Of a stretch of 32,000 bases of DNA, positions 19,176 through 29,998 are shown piece by piece. Both the position numbers and the translations under genes were made by a program. Position 1 is the first letter of the stretch, and each line of letters begins with the position of its first letter. The stretch lies in assembly GCF_001457595.1 (NCBI RefSeq), contig NZ_LN831039.1, positions 30,001-62,000 of the forward strand, written 5' to 3'. A model generated the notes under the pieces. That model made no database searches. It was not told the DNA's origin and saw only the letters and a list, made by a program, of their open reading frames with translations. The stretch is from Mycolicibacterium smegmatis. GTDB lineage: Bacteria; Actinomycetota; Actinomycetes; Mycobacteriales; Mycobacteriaceae.

Positions 19176-19850
19176 ATGCAGGTTTTGGTGGTCGACAACT
19201 ATGACAGCTTCGTGTTCAACCTGGTCCAGTACCTGGGCCAGCTCGGTGTGCACGCGCAGGTCTGGCGCAACGACGACGCCCGGTTGGCCACCGAGGACGC
19301 GATAGCGCAGGCCGCCGCCGACTTCGACGGTGTGCTGCTCAGCCCCGGGCCGGGCACCCCCGAACGTGCGGGAGCCTCCATCGCGCTGGTGAAGGCGTGC
19401 GCCGCGGCGGGCACTCCCCTGCTGGGCGTGTGCCTGGGGCATCAGGCGATCGGCGTGGCGTTCGGCGGCACCGTCGACCGTGCGCCCGAACTGCTGCACG
19501 GCAAGACCAGCGTCGTGCACCACAACGACAGCGGCGTGCTCAAGGGTCTGCCGGATCCGTTCACCGCGACGCGGTACCACTCGCTGACGATCCTGCCCGA
19601 GACGCTGCCCGCCGCGCTCGAGGTCGTCGGCCAGACCGACAACGGCATCATCATGGCCGTCCGGCACACCGAGCTGCCGATCCATGGCGTGCAGTTCCAC
19701 CCCGAGTCGATCCTCACCCAGGGCGGACACCGCATGCTGGCCAACTGGCTCGGCTTCTGCGGCGCCGCACCGGACGAGACGCTCGTGCGCCGCCTCGAGG
19801 ACGAGGTCGCCCGCGCGGTCGCGGCCGCTACGCAGCGAAGCTCAGCGTGA
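19176..19850 (+). CDS. trpG: Glutamine amidotransferase, anthranilate/aminodeoxychorismate synthase component II
   Basis: 224 aa; VLVVDNYDSFVFNLVQYLGQLG, LLSPGPGTP, GVCLGHQAIG and HGVQFHPESILT. trpG versus pabA is not resolvable from sequence alone. Confidence 0.93.
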   Translation: MQVLVVDNYDSFVFNLVQYLGQLGVHAQVWRNDDARLATEDAIAQAAADFDGVLLSPGPGTPERAGASIALVKACAAAGTPLLGVCLGHQAIGVAFGGTVDRAPELLHGKTSVVHHNDSGVLKGLPDPFTATRYHSLTILPETLPAALEVVGQTDNGIIMAVRHTELPIHGVQFHPESILTQGGHRMLANWLGFCGAAPDETLVRRLEDEVARAVAAATQRSSA

Positions 19851-21705
19851 TCTTGGCGTCCTTGTTCACCGGCGTTCCCGCGGAAGGGCTCTGCGTCACC
19901 ACGGCGTTGGTGCGCTGACCGCTGTCGCGGACGTCGGGTCCCTTGTCGAGCACACCGGTCCAGCCCAGCGCGGTCAGCCGCGGATAGGCGTCCGACCAGA
20001 ACTGGCCGACCAGGTCGGGCATCACGAACTGGTTGCCCTTCGACACCCGTATCTGGATCACGGTGTCCTTGGGCACCGACTGGCCGTCGGCCGGTTCGGT
20101 ACCGACCACCTGACCGGCCGCGGCCGGGTTGTCGACCTCGACGACGACGGTGTTGGTGAAACCGCCCGCGGCCAGGATCGCCTTGCAGCTCTCGGCGTTC
20201 TGCCCGGCGCAACTGAGCACCGGTGCATCCTCCGGGCCCGCACCCACGACGATCGTGATCTCGTTGATGATCGCCGCGGTCTGGTTGGCCTGCGGGTTGG
20301 TCGCGAGCACCCGGCCCTTCTGCTCGGGCGTCGACGGGCTCGGCGACTCCCTGAACTTCTCGAACCCGGCGTCCTTGAGCTTCTGCCTGGCCTGCGTCGG
20401 GGTCAGGCCTGCCACGTCGGGCACAAGGGCCTGCTCGGGCCCCGTCGAGACGTTGATGGTGACCTGCTCCCCCGCGCCCAGCTCGGAACCCGCCTCGGGA
20501 TCGGTTCCGATCACCAGGCCGGGCGGCACCTCGTTGTCGGGCTGGCGGTCGATGACGGTCTTGAAGCCGCGGTTCTGCAGCGCGGCCTGCGCGTCGTCGG
20601 CGGACTGTTCGGCGACGTCGGGCACCTGGACGTTGCGCGGGTTGCCGCCGACCATGTTGATCGCGACCGTCACCACCACGGTCAGCACCGCGAGCACCGC
20701 GACCGCGATGAGCCAGCGCGCCACCGAGGTGCTGCGCTGCTTGCTGTACCCGGCCGGACGCGGCACGGGCATGTCCTGGGTGGCCGCGCCCGCGCGGTCG
20801 GCGGGCGGGGCGGCCAGCATCGACGTGCGCTCGGCGTCGGTGAGCACCTTGGGCGCGTCGGGCGCCTGGCCCTCGTGCACACGGATGAGGTCGGCGCGCA
20901 TCTCGGCGGCCGTCTGGTACCGGTTGTCGGGGTTCTTGGCCAGCGCCTTGAGCACCACGGCGTCCAGTTCGGGCGTGACGTCGGCATGGCGCCGCGACGG
21001 CGGCACCGGATCCTCCCGCACGTGCTGATAGGCGACCGCGACGGGCGAATCCCCGATGAACGGCGGTTCACCGGTGAGGATCTCGTAGAGCACGCAGCCC
21101 AGCGAGTACACGTCCGAGCGCGCATCGACGGTCTCACCGCGCGCCTGCTCGGGTGACAGGTACTGCGCGGTGCCGATCACCGCGGCGGTCTGCGTGACGC
21201 TGTTGCCGGTGTCGGCCAGCGCGCGGGCGATGCCGAAGTCCATCACCTTCACAGCGTTGTTCTTGCTGATCATGATGTTGGCCGGCTTGACATCGCGGTG
21301 GATGATGCCGTGCTGGTGGCTGAAGTTCAGCGCCTGGCACGCGTCGGCGATGATCTCGATCGCACGCCGCGGCGCGATCGGACCGTCGGTGTGGACGATG
21401 TCGCGCAGGGTCACACCGTCGACGTACTCCATGACGATGTACGGCAGCGGCCCGTTGGGTGTCTCGGCCTCGCCGGTGTCGTACACCGCGACGATCGCGG
21501 GGTGGTTCAGCGCCGCGGCGTTCTGTGCCTCGCGGCGGAACCGCAGGTAGAAGCTCGGGTCGCGCGCAAGGTCGGCGCGCAGCACTTTCACCGCGACATC
21601 GCGGTGAAGGCGCAGATCGCGCGCCAGGTGGACTTCGGACATGCCGCCGAAGCCGAGGATCTCACCGAGTTCGTATCGGTCGGAAAGGTGCTGAGGCGTG
21701 GTCAT
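19828..21705 (-). CDS. pknB: Serine/threonine protein kinase PknB with extracellular PASTA repeats
   Basis: 625 aa; [57 protein letters not shown], and about four PASTA repeats. Confidence 0.98.
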   Translation of the reverse strand: MTTPQHLSDRYELGEILGFGGMSEVHLARDLRLHRDVAVKVLRADLARDPSFYLRFRREAQNAAALNHPAIVAVYDTGEAETPNGPLPYIVMEYVDGVTLRDIVHTDGPIAPRRAIEIIADACQALNFSHQHGIIHRDVKPANIMISKNNAVKVMDFGIARALADTGNSVTQTAAVIGTAQYLSPEQARGETVDARSDVYSLGCVLYEILTGEPPFIGDSPVAVAYQHVREDPVPPSRRHADVTPELDAVVLKALAKNPDNRYQTAAEMRADLIRVHEGQAPDAPKVLTDAERTSMLAAPPADRAGAATQDMPVPRPAGYSKQRSTSVARWLIAVAVLAVLTVVVTVAINMVGGNPRNVQVPDVAEQSADDAQAALQNRGFKTVIDRQPDNEVPPGLVIGTDPEAGSELGAGEQVTINVSTGPEQALVPDVAGLTPTQARQKLKDAGFEKFRESPSPSTPEQKGRVLATNPQANQTAAIINEITIVVGAGPEDAPVLSCAGQNAESCKAILAAGGFTNTVVVEVDNPAAAGQVVGTEPADGQSVPKDTVIQIRVSKGNQFVMPDLVGQFWSDAYPRLTALGWTGVLDKGPDVRDSGQRTNAVVTQSPSAGTPVNKDAKITLSFAA

Positions 21706-22961
21706 CGCTGTATCTGTTCGGATGGCGGCGGCTCGGGCTGAGCCGCACGCAACATGATCATGAGGTCAGGCATCGCCGCCGGGGTCTCCTCGTAGGGCGT
21801 CGTCTCGGTGACGGTGTCGGTGACCGTCGGCGGTGGCGACTGCTCGCGGTCCTTGCGGTCCTGCGCGTTGAGCACGATCAGGATCGCGATCACGATGGCC
21901 AACGCGCCGAGGACGCCAGCCGCCCACAATAGCGCCCGTTGCCCCGAGGAGAACGTGCGTCGAGGCGGCGGAGTCCGATGCGCGGCCGTCGCGGTGGGTC
22001 TCGCGCGTGCGGCGGTGACGGGCGCACGGCCCGTGAGATCGGCAGAGGCACGGGCCTGCGCGGCCGACGGCACCGCGGCCGGTGCGGCACGTCCCAGCGT
22101 CGGTGCCTGGTTGGGCCGCGGTGGCCTGCGACCCGCGCGCACCGCGGCGACCGCGTCGGCGAACGGGCCGCCCGACTTGTACCGCATGCCCGGGTTCTTC
22201 ACGAGCGTGATCTCGATCAGCTCGCGCACGTTCGGCGGCAGATCGGCCGGAAGCGGCGGCGGGGTCTCCTTGATGTGCTTCATTGCGACCGTCAGCGCAC
22301 CGTCGCCGGTGAACGGGCGCTTGCCCGAAACCGATTCGTAGCCAACGACGCCCAGCGAATACACGTCACTGGCGGCGGTCGCGTCATGGCCCAGGGCCTG
22401 CTCGGGCGCGATGTACTGCGCGGTGCCCATCACCATGCCGGTCTGGGTGACCGGCGCGGCGTCGACGGCCTTGGCGATGCCGAAGTCGGTGAGCTTCACC
22501 TGCCCCGTCGGGGTGATGAGGATGTTGCCGGGCTTGACGTCGCGGTGCACCAGGCCCGCGGTGTGCGCGACCTGCAGCGCACGGCCGGTCTGCTCCAGCA
22601 TGTCCAGCGCGTGCCGCAGCGACAGCCGGCCGGTGCGCTTGAGCACCGAGTTCAGCGGCTCACCGTTGATGAGCTCCATCACCAGGTACGCGGTGCGGCC
22701 CTCGCCGTCGAGTTCGGTCTCGCCGTAGTCGTACACGCTCGCGATGCCGGGATGGTTGAGCATCGCGACGGTGCGGGCCTCGGCCCGGAAGCGTTCGACG
22801 AACTCGGCGTCGGTGGAGAACTCGGCCTTGAGCACCTTGACGGCGACCCGGCGGCCCAGCCGCGAATCCACGGCCTCCCACACCTGGCCCATACCGCCCG
22901 TGGCGATCAGCCGCTGCAGCCGGTAACGACCGGACAGCGTGACTCCAACGCGCGGGCTCAT
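21702..22961 (-). CDS. pknA: Serine/threonine protein kinase PknA
   Basis: 419 aa from ATG at 22961; [56 protein letters not shown]. No PASTA repeats. 4-bp ATGA overlap with pknB. Confidence 0.97.
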   Translation of the reverse strand: MSPRVGVTLSGRYRLQRLIATGGMGQVWEAVDSRLGRRVAVKVLKAEFSTDAEFVERFRAEARTVAMLNHPGIASVYDYGETELDGEGRTAYLVMELINGEPLNSVLKRTGRLSLRHALDMLEQTGRALQVAHTAGLVHRDVKPGNILITPTGQVKLTDFGIAKAVDAAPVTQTGMVMGTAQYIAPEQALGHDATAASDVYSLGVVGYESVSGKRPFTGDGALTVAMKHIKETPPPLPADLPPNVRELIEITLVKNPGMRYKSGGPFADAVAAVRAGRRPPRPNQAPTLGRAAPAAVPSAAQARASADLTGRAPVTAARARPTATAAHRTPPPRRTFSSGQRALLWAAGVLGALAIVIAILIVLNAQDRKDREQSPPPTVTDTVTETTPYEETPAAMPDLMIMLRAAQPEPPPSEQIQR

Positions 22962-22992
22962 TGCTTGCCCCGCTTCGCTCGCCTGCGCGGAC

Positions 22993-24468
22993 TCATGAAC
23001 CCTCCCGCAGCGCCGCCGCAATCGTGGCGCGTCCGATCGGGGCGGCGAGTGCGCCGCCGGTGGCCGACAACCGGTCCCCGCCATCCTCGACCAACACCGC
23101 GACCGCGACCTTGGGGTCTTGGGCCGGTGCGAAGGCGATGTACCAGGCATGCGGCGGGGTGTTACGGGGGTCCGTCCCGTGCTCTGCCGTACCGGTTTTC
23201 GAAGCGATCTGCACGCCGGCGATGGCTCCCTTCTGCTGAGTCACCTGCTCGGCGGCGACCATCAAGTCAGTTAGTGTAGCCGCGACCTGGGGTGACACTG
23301 CTCGGCGCTCTTGCTCCGGAGTGGTGGTGCTGATAGTAGCCAGGTCGGGCCCCTTGAGGCTCTCGACGAGGTAGGGGCGCATGGCTATGCCGTCGTTCGC
23401 GATTGTTGCGGCCACCTGTGCGTTTTGCAACGGGGTCAGGGCGACGTCACGCTGACCGATGCTCGACATGCCCAGCGCGGCGGCGTCGACGATCGGTCCC
23501 GTGGTGGACTCCGCCACCTGCAGCGGGATGGCGGGCGGCGGCGTGTCGAGGCCGAACGCCTGGGCCATCGCCTTGAGCTTGTCGGTGCCGGTGCTGAGAC
23601 CGAGTTCGACGAACGCGGTGTTGCAGGACTTCGCGAACGCCTCCTGCAGCGACACGGTGGGTCCCGGTCCGCAGGGCGCCCCACCGAAGTTCTCCAGCGT
23701 CGCGGTGCTGTCGGGCAGCGGGGTGCGCGGCGCCGACGTGAGCTGGGTCTGCGGACGTGCCCCGGCCTGCAGCGCGGCAGCCGTGGTGATGACCTTGAAC
23801 GTCGAACCCGGGGGATAGGTCTCCGAGATCGCACGGTTGAGCAGCGGGGACTGCGGATCGTCGCGCAGCTTCTCCCACGCGTCGGCCTGCGCCGCGAGAT
23901 CGTGGGTGGCCAGCAGGTTCGGGTCGTACGACGGGGCCGACACCATCGCCAGGATCTTGCCGGTCGACGGTTCGAGCGCCACCACAGAACCGCGGCACGG
24001 GCCGTCGCAGCCGTTCTGCATCGCGTCCCACGCGGCCTGCTGTACCTGCGGCTTGATCGTGGTGTCCACGTTGCCGCCGCGCGGGTCGCGGCCGGTGAAG
24101 AAGTCCGCGAGGCGACGGCCGAACAGGCGCTCGTCGGAGCCGTTGAGCACGGCGTCCTCGGCACGCTCCAGGCCGGTGCTGGAGTAGCCCAGCGAATAGA
24201 ACCCGGTGACCGGGGCGTAGGCCTGCGGGTTGGGATACACGCGCAGGTAGCGGAACCGGCCGTCGGTGGACACCGAGTACGCGAGCAGTTGTCCGCCCGC
24301 GGTGATCTGGCCGCGCTGGCGCGAGTACTCGTCGAGCAGCACGCGCTGGTTGCGCGGATCGGCGCGCAGACCGTCGGCGGCGAAGACCTGGGTCACGGTG
24401 GCGTTGGCCAGAAGCAGCACGATCAACACCATGATCGCGACGGCCACCCGGCGCAGTGAGGTGTTCAT
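22993..24468 (-). CDS. pbpA: Penicillin-binding protein PbpA (class B transpeptidase)
   Basis: 491 aa from ATG at 24468; [10 protein letters not shown] (SxxK), SCN and SKTGTAEHG (KTG). Confidence 0.97.
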   Translation of the reverse strand: MNTSLRRVAVAIMVLIVLLLANATVTQVFAADGLRADPRNQRVLLDEYSRQRGQITAGGQLLAYSVSTDGRFRYLRVYPNPQAYAPVTGFYSLGYSSTGLERAEDAVLNGSDERLFGRRLADFFTGRDPRGGNVDTTIKPQVQQAAWDAMQNGCDGPCRGSVVALEPSTGKILAMVSAPSYDPNLLATHDLAAQADAWEKLRDDPQSPLLNRAISETYPPGSTFKVITTAAALQAGARPQTQLTSAPRTPLPDSTATLENFGGAPCGPGPTVSLQEAFAKSCNTAFVELGLSTGTDKLKAMAQAFGLDTPPPAIPLQVAESTTGPIVDAAALGMSSIGQRDVALTPLQNAQVAATIANDGIAMRPYLVESLKGPDLATISTTTPEQERRAVSPQVAATLTDLMVAAEQVTQQKGAIAGVQIASKTGTAEHGTDPRNTPPHAWYIAFAPAQDPKVAVAVLVEDGGDRLSATGGALAAPIGRATIAAALREGS

Positions 24469-25880
24469 ACCTTTTCGATCACCTCGGTACTGGCCGCGGC
24501 GATCGGCGTCGCGTTCGGCGGCCGGGACGTGGTGATGGGCCTGCGGGCCGCGTGCGAGATCACGACGAGGATCGCGAGCAGCACGTAGTTCGCCAGCAGC
24601 GACGACCCGCCGTAGGACATCCACGGCGTGGTGAGGCCGGTCAGCGGGATCAGCCGCGTCACACCGCCGACGACGATGAACAACTGGATCGCCAGTGTCG
24701 ACGCCAGACCCGCCGCGAGCAGTTTGCCGAAGCTGTCGCGCACCGCGATCGCCGTGCGCAGGCCGCGGATGATGAGGATGGTGTAGAGCATGAGAACGCC
24801 TGCCAGACCGACCAATCCGAGTTCCTCACCGATCGCGGCGGTGATGAAGTCGGTGGCGGCGGCAGGGACGGTGCCGGGCTGTCCGTTGCCCAGGCCGGTG
24901 CCGAAGATGCCGCCCGTGGCGAAGCTGAACAACGACTGCACCATCTGGTAGCCGGCGCCCTCGGGGTCGGCGAACGGGTCCAGCCACGTCTGCACCCGCA
25001 CCTGCACGTGGCCGAAAATGTTGTAGGCCACCACACTTCCCGCCGCGAACAGCGCCAGGCCGATGACCACCCAGCTGATCCGTTCGGTGGCGACGTAGAG
25101 CAGCACCAGAAACGACGCGTACAGCAGAAGTGAAGTGCCGAGGTCTTTTTCGAAGATCATGATGCCCACCGACGCGGCCCAGGCCACCAGCAGCGGCGCG
25201 AGGTCGCGGGGGCGGGGCAGATCGACGCCAAGGACGTGCTTGCCCGCGCTGGTGAACAGGCTGCGCTTGGACACCAGCACCGCGGAGAAGAAAATGAGCA
25301 GCAAAATCTTGGAGAACTCGGCGGGCTGAATCGAGAAGCCCGGGAACTGAATCCAGATCTTGGCGCCGTACTGCTCGGAGTACTTGGCCGGCAGCAGCGC
25401 CGGAATGACAAGCAGCACAAGGCCGGTCAGACCGAAGACGTAGCCGTAGCGCGACAGCATGCGGTGGTCCTTCAAGAACACCACCACGAGCGCGAACGCC
25501 ACCACACCGACCAGCGTCCACAGCATCTGCTGGTTGGCGCTGCCGCCGAGGCCGTCGGCGGTCAGCTCACCCTCGGCAAGGTCGAGCCGGTGGATCATCA
25601 CCAGCCCAAGCCCGTTGAGCACGGCGACGACCGGCAGCAGCAGCGGATCGGCGTATGGCGCGAACCGCCGGACCGCGAGGTGCGCGGCGCCGAACAGGGC
25701 CAGGTAGCCGACCATGTAGCGGGCCAGGTCCCAGGTCACGCCCTGCTCCTGGTTGGCCTCGACGATCAACAGGGCCACGGTGGTGATCAGCGCCGCGAAC
25801 CCCAGCAGCAGCAGTTCCGCGTTGCGCCGGTTCGGGAGCGGCGGCGTGACGGTAACCGGCGACTGGGGTTGCGTCGTCAT
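24465..25880 (-). CDS. rodA: SEDS-family peptidoglycan polymerase RodA/FtsW-like
   Basis: 471 aa from ATG at 25880; multiple TM segments, IQPAEFSKILLLIFF, FEKDLGTSLLLY and TGLTTPWMSYGGSSLLANY. Confidence 0.97.
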   Translation of the reverse strand: MTTQPQSPVTVTPPLPNRRNAELLLLGFAALITTVALLIVEANQEQGVTWDLARYMVGYLALFGAAHLAVRRFAPYADPLLLPVVAVLNGLGLVMIHRLDLAEGELTADGLGGSANQQMLWTLVGVVAFALVVVFLKDHRMLSRYGYVFGLTGLVLLVIPALLPAKYSEQYGAKIWIQFPGFSIQPAEFSKILLLIFFSAVLVSKRSLFTSAGKHVLGVDLPRPRDLAPLLVAWAASVGIMIFEKDLGTSLLLYASFLVLLYVATERISWVVIGLALFAAGSVVAYNIFGHVQVRVQTWLDPFADPEGAGYQMVQSLFSFATGGIFGTGLGNGQPGTVPAAATDFITAAIGEELGLVGLAGVLMLYTILIIRGLRTAIAVRDSFGKLLAAGLASTLAIQLFIVVGGVTRLIPLTGLTTPWMSYGGSSLLANYVLLAILVVISHAARRPITTSRPPNATPIAAASTEVIEKV

Positions 25881-27415
25881 GACACCGCCCGGCAGTTCGT
25901 CCCCGGTTGCGGCGGCGGGGGAGGCAGTGCGGTCACGGTCGGAGACGGTGTCGGCGACGGCGATGCCGGTGGCGGCGGATTCGGCGACCCGGGCGCTCCC
26001 GACGGCGCAGGCGCGGCCGTCGTGGTGGGGCTCGGGCTCGGTGGGACCGGGGATTCGCCCGCACCGCGGCCGCTGGCGCCCGGCGCCGGTGACGACGGCG
26101 GGGCCGGCGGGGGAGCAGGCGCCCGGGTGGTCGTCGTGGGCCGCGGCGGGGCGCACACCGGAAGCAGCGAGCTGCGCGCCAGTTCGCCGATCTGTGCGAA
26201 CGCCTCGTCGAGGGTGCCACCGGGCAGGCCCGCGACCACCTGGGCGCGTTCGGACGGGCGCATGTCGTTGACGGCCATGAGGCGGCAGCCGAGGTTGTCG
26301 CGGTTCTCGTTGGCGCCGATCAGCGACAGTTCGTTGCGCGCGTTGAGGCAACCCAGCCGGTACGGCTCCTGCAGCGAGATGCCCAGGAAGGAGCCTTGCA
26401 CGCCGCGCATGATCGACACCGTGCCGTCGTGCTCGGCGACGTAGTAGTTGTTGCGCAGGATCTCGCGGCCGATCGCCAGGCCCGCCACCACGACCAGCAC
26501 CACCAGCACCGCCGCGATGATCATGCGGCGGCGTGAGCGCGGCTTGCGGGCCGGCTCGGCGGGCTGGGGGATGACGCGCTTGGGCTCGTTGCGGCGCGGG
26601 TTGAACGCCGAGGCGCGGCCCGCGGCAGTGTCCGGCGGTGCGGTCTGGTCGTCGTCACCGGAGACCGCGCCGGCCAGGATCGGCTGGGTCTGGCCGTAGT
26701 CGTAGTCGACGACGTCGGCGACGACCACCGTGACGTTGTCGGGACCGCCCCCGCGCAACGCCAATTCGATGAGCCGGTCGGCGCTTTCGGCGACATCCTC
26801 GATCTGCAGGGCTTCCTTGATGGTCTCCTGGCTGACCGGGTCCGACAGGCCGTCCGAGCACAGCAGGTAGCGGTCGCCGGCCTTGGCCTCGCGCATGATC
26901 AGCGTCGGCTCGACCTCGTGGCCGGTGAGCGCGCGCATGATCAGCGAGCGCTGCGGGTGGCTGTGGGCCTCCTCGGCTGTGATGCGGCCCTCGTCGACGA
27001 GGGTCTGTACGAACGTGTCGTCCTTGGTGATCTGTGTCAGCTCACCGTCGCGCAGCAGATAGCCGCGGGAGTCGCCGATGTGCACCAGGCCCAGGCGGTT
27101 GCCCGCGAACAGGATCGCGGTGAGTGTGGTACCCATGCCGTCGAGTTCGGGATCGGCCTCGACATGCGCGGCGATCGCGGCGTTGCCCTCGGCCACCGCC
27201 TGGTGCAGCTTGCTCAGCAGGTCGCCGCCGGGCTCGTCGTCGTCGAGATGCGCGAGCGCGGCGATCACCAGTTGCGACGCGACCTCACCTGCGGCGTGTC
27301 CGCCCATGCCGTCGGCGAGCGCCAACAGTCGGGCACCCGCGTACACCGAGTCCTCATTGTTGGCGCGGACCAGACCGCGGTCGCTGCGGGCCGCGTAGCG
27401 GAGAACGAGGGTCAT
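25877..27415 (-). CDS. pstP: PP2C-family Ser/Thr phosphatase PstP
   Basis: 512 aa; RSDRGLVRANNEDS, LADGMGGHAAGEVAS, GDSRGYLLRDG, CSDGLSDPV and GGPDNVTVVVADV; single TM; Pro/Thr/Ser-rich C-terminal tail. Confidence 0.98.
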   Translation of the reverse strand: MTLVLRYAARSDRGLVRANNEDSVYAGARLLALADGMGGHAAGEVASQLVIAALAHLDDDEPGGDLLSKLHQAVAEGNAAIAAHVEADPELDGMGTTLTAILFAGNRLGLVHIGDSRGYLLRDGELTQITKDDTFVQTLVDEGRITAEEAHSHPQRSLIMRALTGHEVEPTLIMREAKAGDRYLLCSDGLSDPVSQETIKEALQIEDVAESADRLIELALRGGGPDNVTVVVADVVDYDYGQTQPILAGAVSGDDDQTAPPDTAAGRASAFNPRRNEPKRVIPQPAEPARKPRSRRRMIIAAVLVVLVVVAGLAIGREILRNNYYVAEHDGTVSIMRGVQGSFLGISLQEPYRLGCLNARNELSLIGANENRDNLGCRLMAVNDMRPSERAQVVAGLPGGTLDEAFAQIGELARSSLLPVCAPPRPTTTTRAPAPPPAPPSSPAPGASGRGAGESPVPPSPSPTTTAAPAPSGAPGSPNPPPPASPSPTPSPTVTALPPPPPQPGTNCRAVS

Positions 27416-27437
27416 TCTGCTCCTCGCGTGCGCGGGC

Positions 27438-27905
27438 TCACGGGCGCAGCTCGATTACCGTCTTGCCGATCCGCACCGGCGCGCCAATGGGAACCTTTAC
27501 TGCTGTTGTCACCTTCGCCCTGTCAAGGTAAGTGCCGTTGGTCGATCCTAGGTCCTCGACGTACCACTCAGAACCTCGTGGCGACAGTCTGGCGTGGCGC
27601 GTCGACGCATAGTCGTCGGTGAGCACCAGCGTCGAGTCGTCGGCCCGGCCGATCAGCACCGGCTGGTTGCCCAGCGTGATGCGGGTGCCGGCCAGTGCGC
27701 CCTCGGTGACCACGAGCTGCCGCGCCACATGACGCCGCTGCCGGTTGGGCAGCAGCGAGCCGCGAAGGGCCAGCCCACGTCTCACCATCACCGCGCCCGT
27801 GGGGGCATAGATATCGGTGCGCAGGATGCGCAGCACCGACCAGATGAACAGCCATAGCAACAACAGGAAGCCGACGCGCGTCAGCTGCAGCACTAACCCC
27901 TGCAT
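27438..27905 (-). CDS. fhaB: FHA-domain protein FhaB (FipA)
   Basis: 155 aa; N-terminal TM, then LIGRADDSTLVLTDDYASTRHARL...VEDLGSTNGTYLD. Confidence 0.96.
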   Translation of the reverse strand: MQGLVLQLTRVGFLLLLWLFIWSVLRILRTDIYAPTGAVMVRRGLALRGSLLPNRQRRHVARQLVVTEGALAGTRITLGNQPVLIGRADDSTLVLTDDYASTRHARLSPRGSEWYVEDLGSTNGTYLDRAKVTTAVKVPIGAPVRIGKTVIELRP

Positions 27906-28040
27906 CTGGCGTCCTCCCCGTGACAGTCCCGTCGGTATCGGTCAGCGGCGACCGTAGGCAACGTCACGATACTTGGACGCCGATGGGCATGCGGGTGAAG
28001 CGGGCTGCTTGTCACCCCGATGTGTCCGGTCTCGCGGCGC

Positions 28041-29489
28041 TCAGTGCACGCGCACGATGATCTCGGAGTGGCCCAGCCGGATGACGTCGCCGTCCGCCAG
28101 CTGCCACTCCTGGACCGGTGCGTTGTTCACCGTGGTGCCGTTGGTGGAGTTCAGATCGGAGAGCAACGCCACCTGGCCGTCCCAGCGGATCTCCAGGTGA
28201 CGACGCGACACGCCGGTGTCGGGCAGCCGGAACTGTGCGTCCTGGCCACGGCCGATCACGTTGGCGCCCTCGCGCAGCTGGTAGGTGCGGCCGCTGCCGT
28301 CGTCGAGCTGCAGCGTCACCGTCGTGCCACCGGCCGGATAGTCGGCGCCGTAGCCGCCGCCGTATCCGCCCTGGCCGGCAGGGGCGCCGTAGTCGCCGCC
28401 GCCGTACTCGTAGTCACGACCGGCGGGCTCGCCGTATCCACCCTGCTCGGGGTAACCGCCCTGCTCCGGGTAGCCGCGGCCGGGCTGCTGACCGTAATCG
28501 GGCTGGCCGTAGTCCGGACGGCCGTAGGCCTGGCCGCCGTAGCCGCCCTGTTCGGGGTAGCCACCCTGCTCGGGATAGCCCTGGCGCGGATCCGGACGGC
28601 CGTAGTCGTCGTGGCGCGGGGCCTGCCTGCCGTAGTCGTAATCGGCACCGCCGTAACCGGGCTGGCCGCCGGGAGGCGGTCCGGCCGGGGGACCTGCGGG
28701 CGGGTAGCCGCCGGCGGGCTGGCCGTACCCACGGTCGTAGCCGCCGCCCTGAGGCGGCGGGCCGTAACCCGCGGGCGGGCGCTGCTCATAGGACTGCGGC
28801 GGGTAGCCGCCCTGGTCCGGGTAACCACCCTGGTCGGGGTAACCACCCTGATCGGGGTAGCCGCCCTGGTCGGGATAACCGCCGCCGCGGGGCGGGTAGC
28901 CGCCCTGATCCTGCGGGGGATAGCCACCCTGCTCCGGCGGGTACTGCCCGCCACGCGGATCGTCCTGGCGTCCGTAGCGCTCGTCGTAGTACTCGTCGCC
29001 GGGCCGCGCGGGTCCCTGGCCGCCTCGGTAATTCGGGTTATCGGTCATAGGTGGTTCTCCTGATTCTGCGGTGAACGCATGGTCCCGTGGAGCTCGCGCG
29101 GATTCGCCAGCGGTCGAATCGGGGTTGACCGCGCCACGCGCGCGGAATTGTCCAGTGTGCAAATTCGGTGATTGCTCGAATCTGACGACCACCTCACCAT
29201 ACGTTTGCCAACCCTGATCATGGATGTATCCCTTCAGATGCTTGGCGAACGTGGTCGAGGTCAGGTCAGTATCGGCCCTTACCTTCTGATAGTCAGTTCC
29301 ACTGAGGGTAATTACGTAGTCGTTCGGTGCCAAAACTTGGCCACCTGCCACGGTGCGTGCGCGGGTCTCGGCTTCCCGCCGCAGCGCCACCTCGACTTCC
29401 TGCGGCACGATCGACCCGCCGAAGACCCGCGCGAAGGCGTCTCCGACCGTGGACTCGAGCTTGCGTTCGATGCGGTCTACCAGACCCAT
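28041..29489 (-). CDS. fhaA: FHA-domain protein FhaA, with N-terminal FhaA/DUF3662 domain and Gly-Tyr-Pro-Gln linker
   Basis: 482 aa from ATG 29489; [34 protein letters not shown]-terminal [24 protein letters not shown]...[11 protein letters not shown]. Confidence 0.95.
   Translation of the reverse strand: MGLVDRIERKLESTVGDAFARVFGGSIVPQEVEVALRREAETRARTVAGGQVLAPNDYVITLSGTDYQKVRADTDLTSTTFAKHLKGYIHDQGWQTYGEVVVRFEQSPNLHTGQFRARGAVNPDSTAGESARAPRDHAFTAESGEPPMTDNPNYRGGQGPARPGDEYYDERYGRQDDPRGGQYPPEQGGYPPQDQGGYPPRGGGYPDQGGYPDQGGYPDQGGYPDQGGYPPQSYEQRPPAGYGPPPQGGGYDRGYGQPAGGYPPAGPPAGPPPGGQPGYGGADYDYGRQAPRHDDYGRPDPRQGYPEQGGYPEQGGYGGQAYGRPDYGQPDYGQQPGRGYPEQGGYPEQGGYGEPAGRDYEYGGGDYGAPAGQGGYGGGYGADYPAGGTTVTLQLDDGSGRTYQLREGANVIGRGQDAQFRLPDTGVSRRHLEIRWDGQVALLSDLNSTNGTTVNNAPVQEWQLADGDVIRLGHSEIIVRVH
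28430..28935. repeat. Degenerate 18-24 bp coding repeats in fhaA (GGYPEQ / GGYPDQ / GGYPPQ)
   Basis: On the minus strand, GGYPDQ occurs four times in a row, with GGYPPQ/GGYPEQ copies spread over the linker. Confidence 0.85.
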
Positions 29490-29758
29490 GACACCGCCCG
29501 CCTTCACTCGTCGTCGTTCGTTCGTGGCTTCACCACGGCAGCCTCCAACCACCGCGTGTCGCTCTGGCCACACTCTTAACAAGCATGGTATCGGCCGGAA
29601 CTACCTGTGCGGGAGCAACAGAACTCTGAGAATCAGATCGCCGCTGGTCAGTGACATGATCTTGATGACGCCAACTGTTCGGCCGCGAGGTCCACCCGCG
29701 CCTGAGCGGCCGGTTTGGGATCGGGCCGAGCACAGTGATACGCTGCCTCGGTCATTCA

Positions 29759-29841
29759 GGGCGAGTGGCGGAATGGCAGACGCGCTGGCTTCAGGTGCCA
29801 GTGTCCTTCGGGACGTGGGGGTTCAAGTCCCCCTTCGCCCA
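29759..29841 (+). tRNA. tRNA-Leu (anticodon CAG)
   Basis: Acceptor GGGCGAG/TTCGCCC; anticodon stem CTGGC-TTCAGGT-GCCAG with CAG at 29792-29794; variable arm GTCCTTCGGGAC; T arm GGGGG-TTCAAGT-CCCCC; CCA not encoded. Confidence 0.96.
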
Positions 29842-29851
29842 CAGCAGCCAG

Positions 29852-29883
29852 AGGCCGCGGATTCAGCAGAGTCCGCGGCCTTT
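29852..29883 (+). terminator. Rho-independent-like terminator downstream of tRNA-Leu
   Basis: AGGCCGCGGA-ttcagcagag-TCCGCGGCCTTT; 10-bp stem followed by T residues. Confidence 0.85.
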
Positions 29884-29998
29884 GTCGTTGGACGGGGCCA
29901 TCAGCGGTTCTGCGGTTCGCGAGTGTGAAATCTCAGCGAAAAAACGGCCGACAAATCGCAGACGTTTCACAGTCGCGGAGTTGGTACCGTCGCGAGGA

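Noticed and set aside
19684-26444. Long plus-strand ORFs antisense to the kinase and wall genes (490 aa at 19684-21156, 446 aa at 21939-23279, 382 aa at 23311-24459, 402 aa at 25236-26444)
   Set aside because: The opposite strand carries clear pknB, pknA, pbpA and rodA/pstP motifs. These products show no domain motifs and look like GC-frame shadows.
28430-28935. CRISPR-like array from regularly spaced repeats
   Set aside because: The repeats are contiguous degenerate coding units inside fhaA, with no unique 30-40 bp spacers and no cas genes nearby.
28316-28954. Minus-strand 212-aa and plus-strand 310/347-aa ORFs over the fhaA repeat region
   Set aside because: They are alternative-frame readings of the repetitive Gly-Tyr-Pro-Gln coding sequence.
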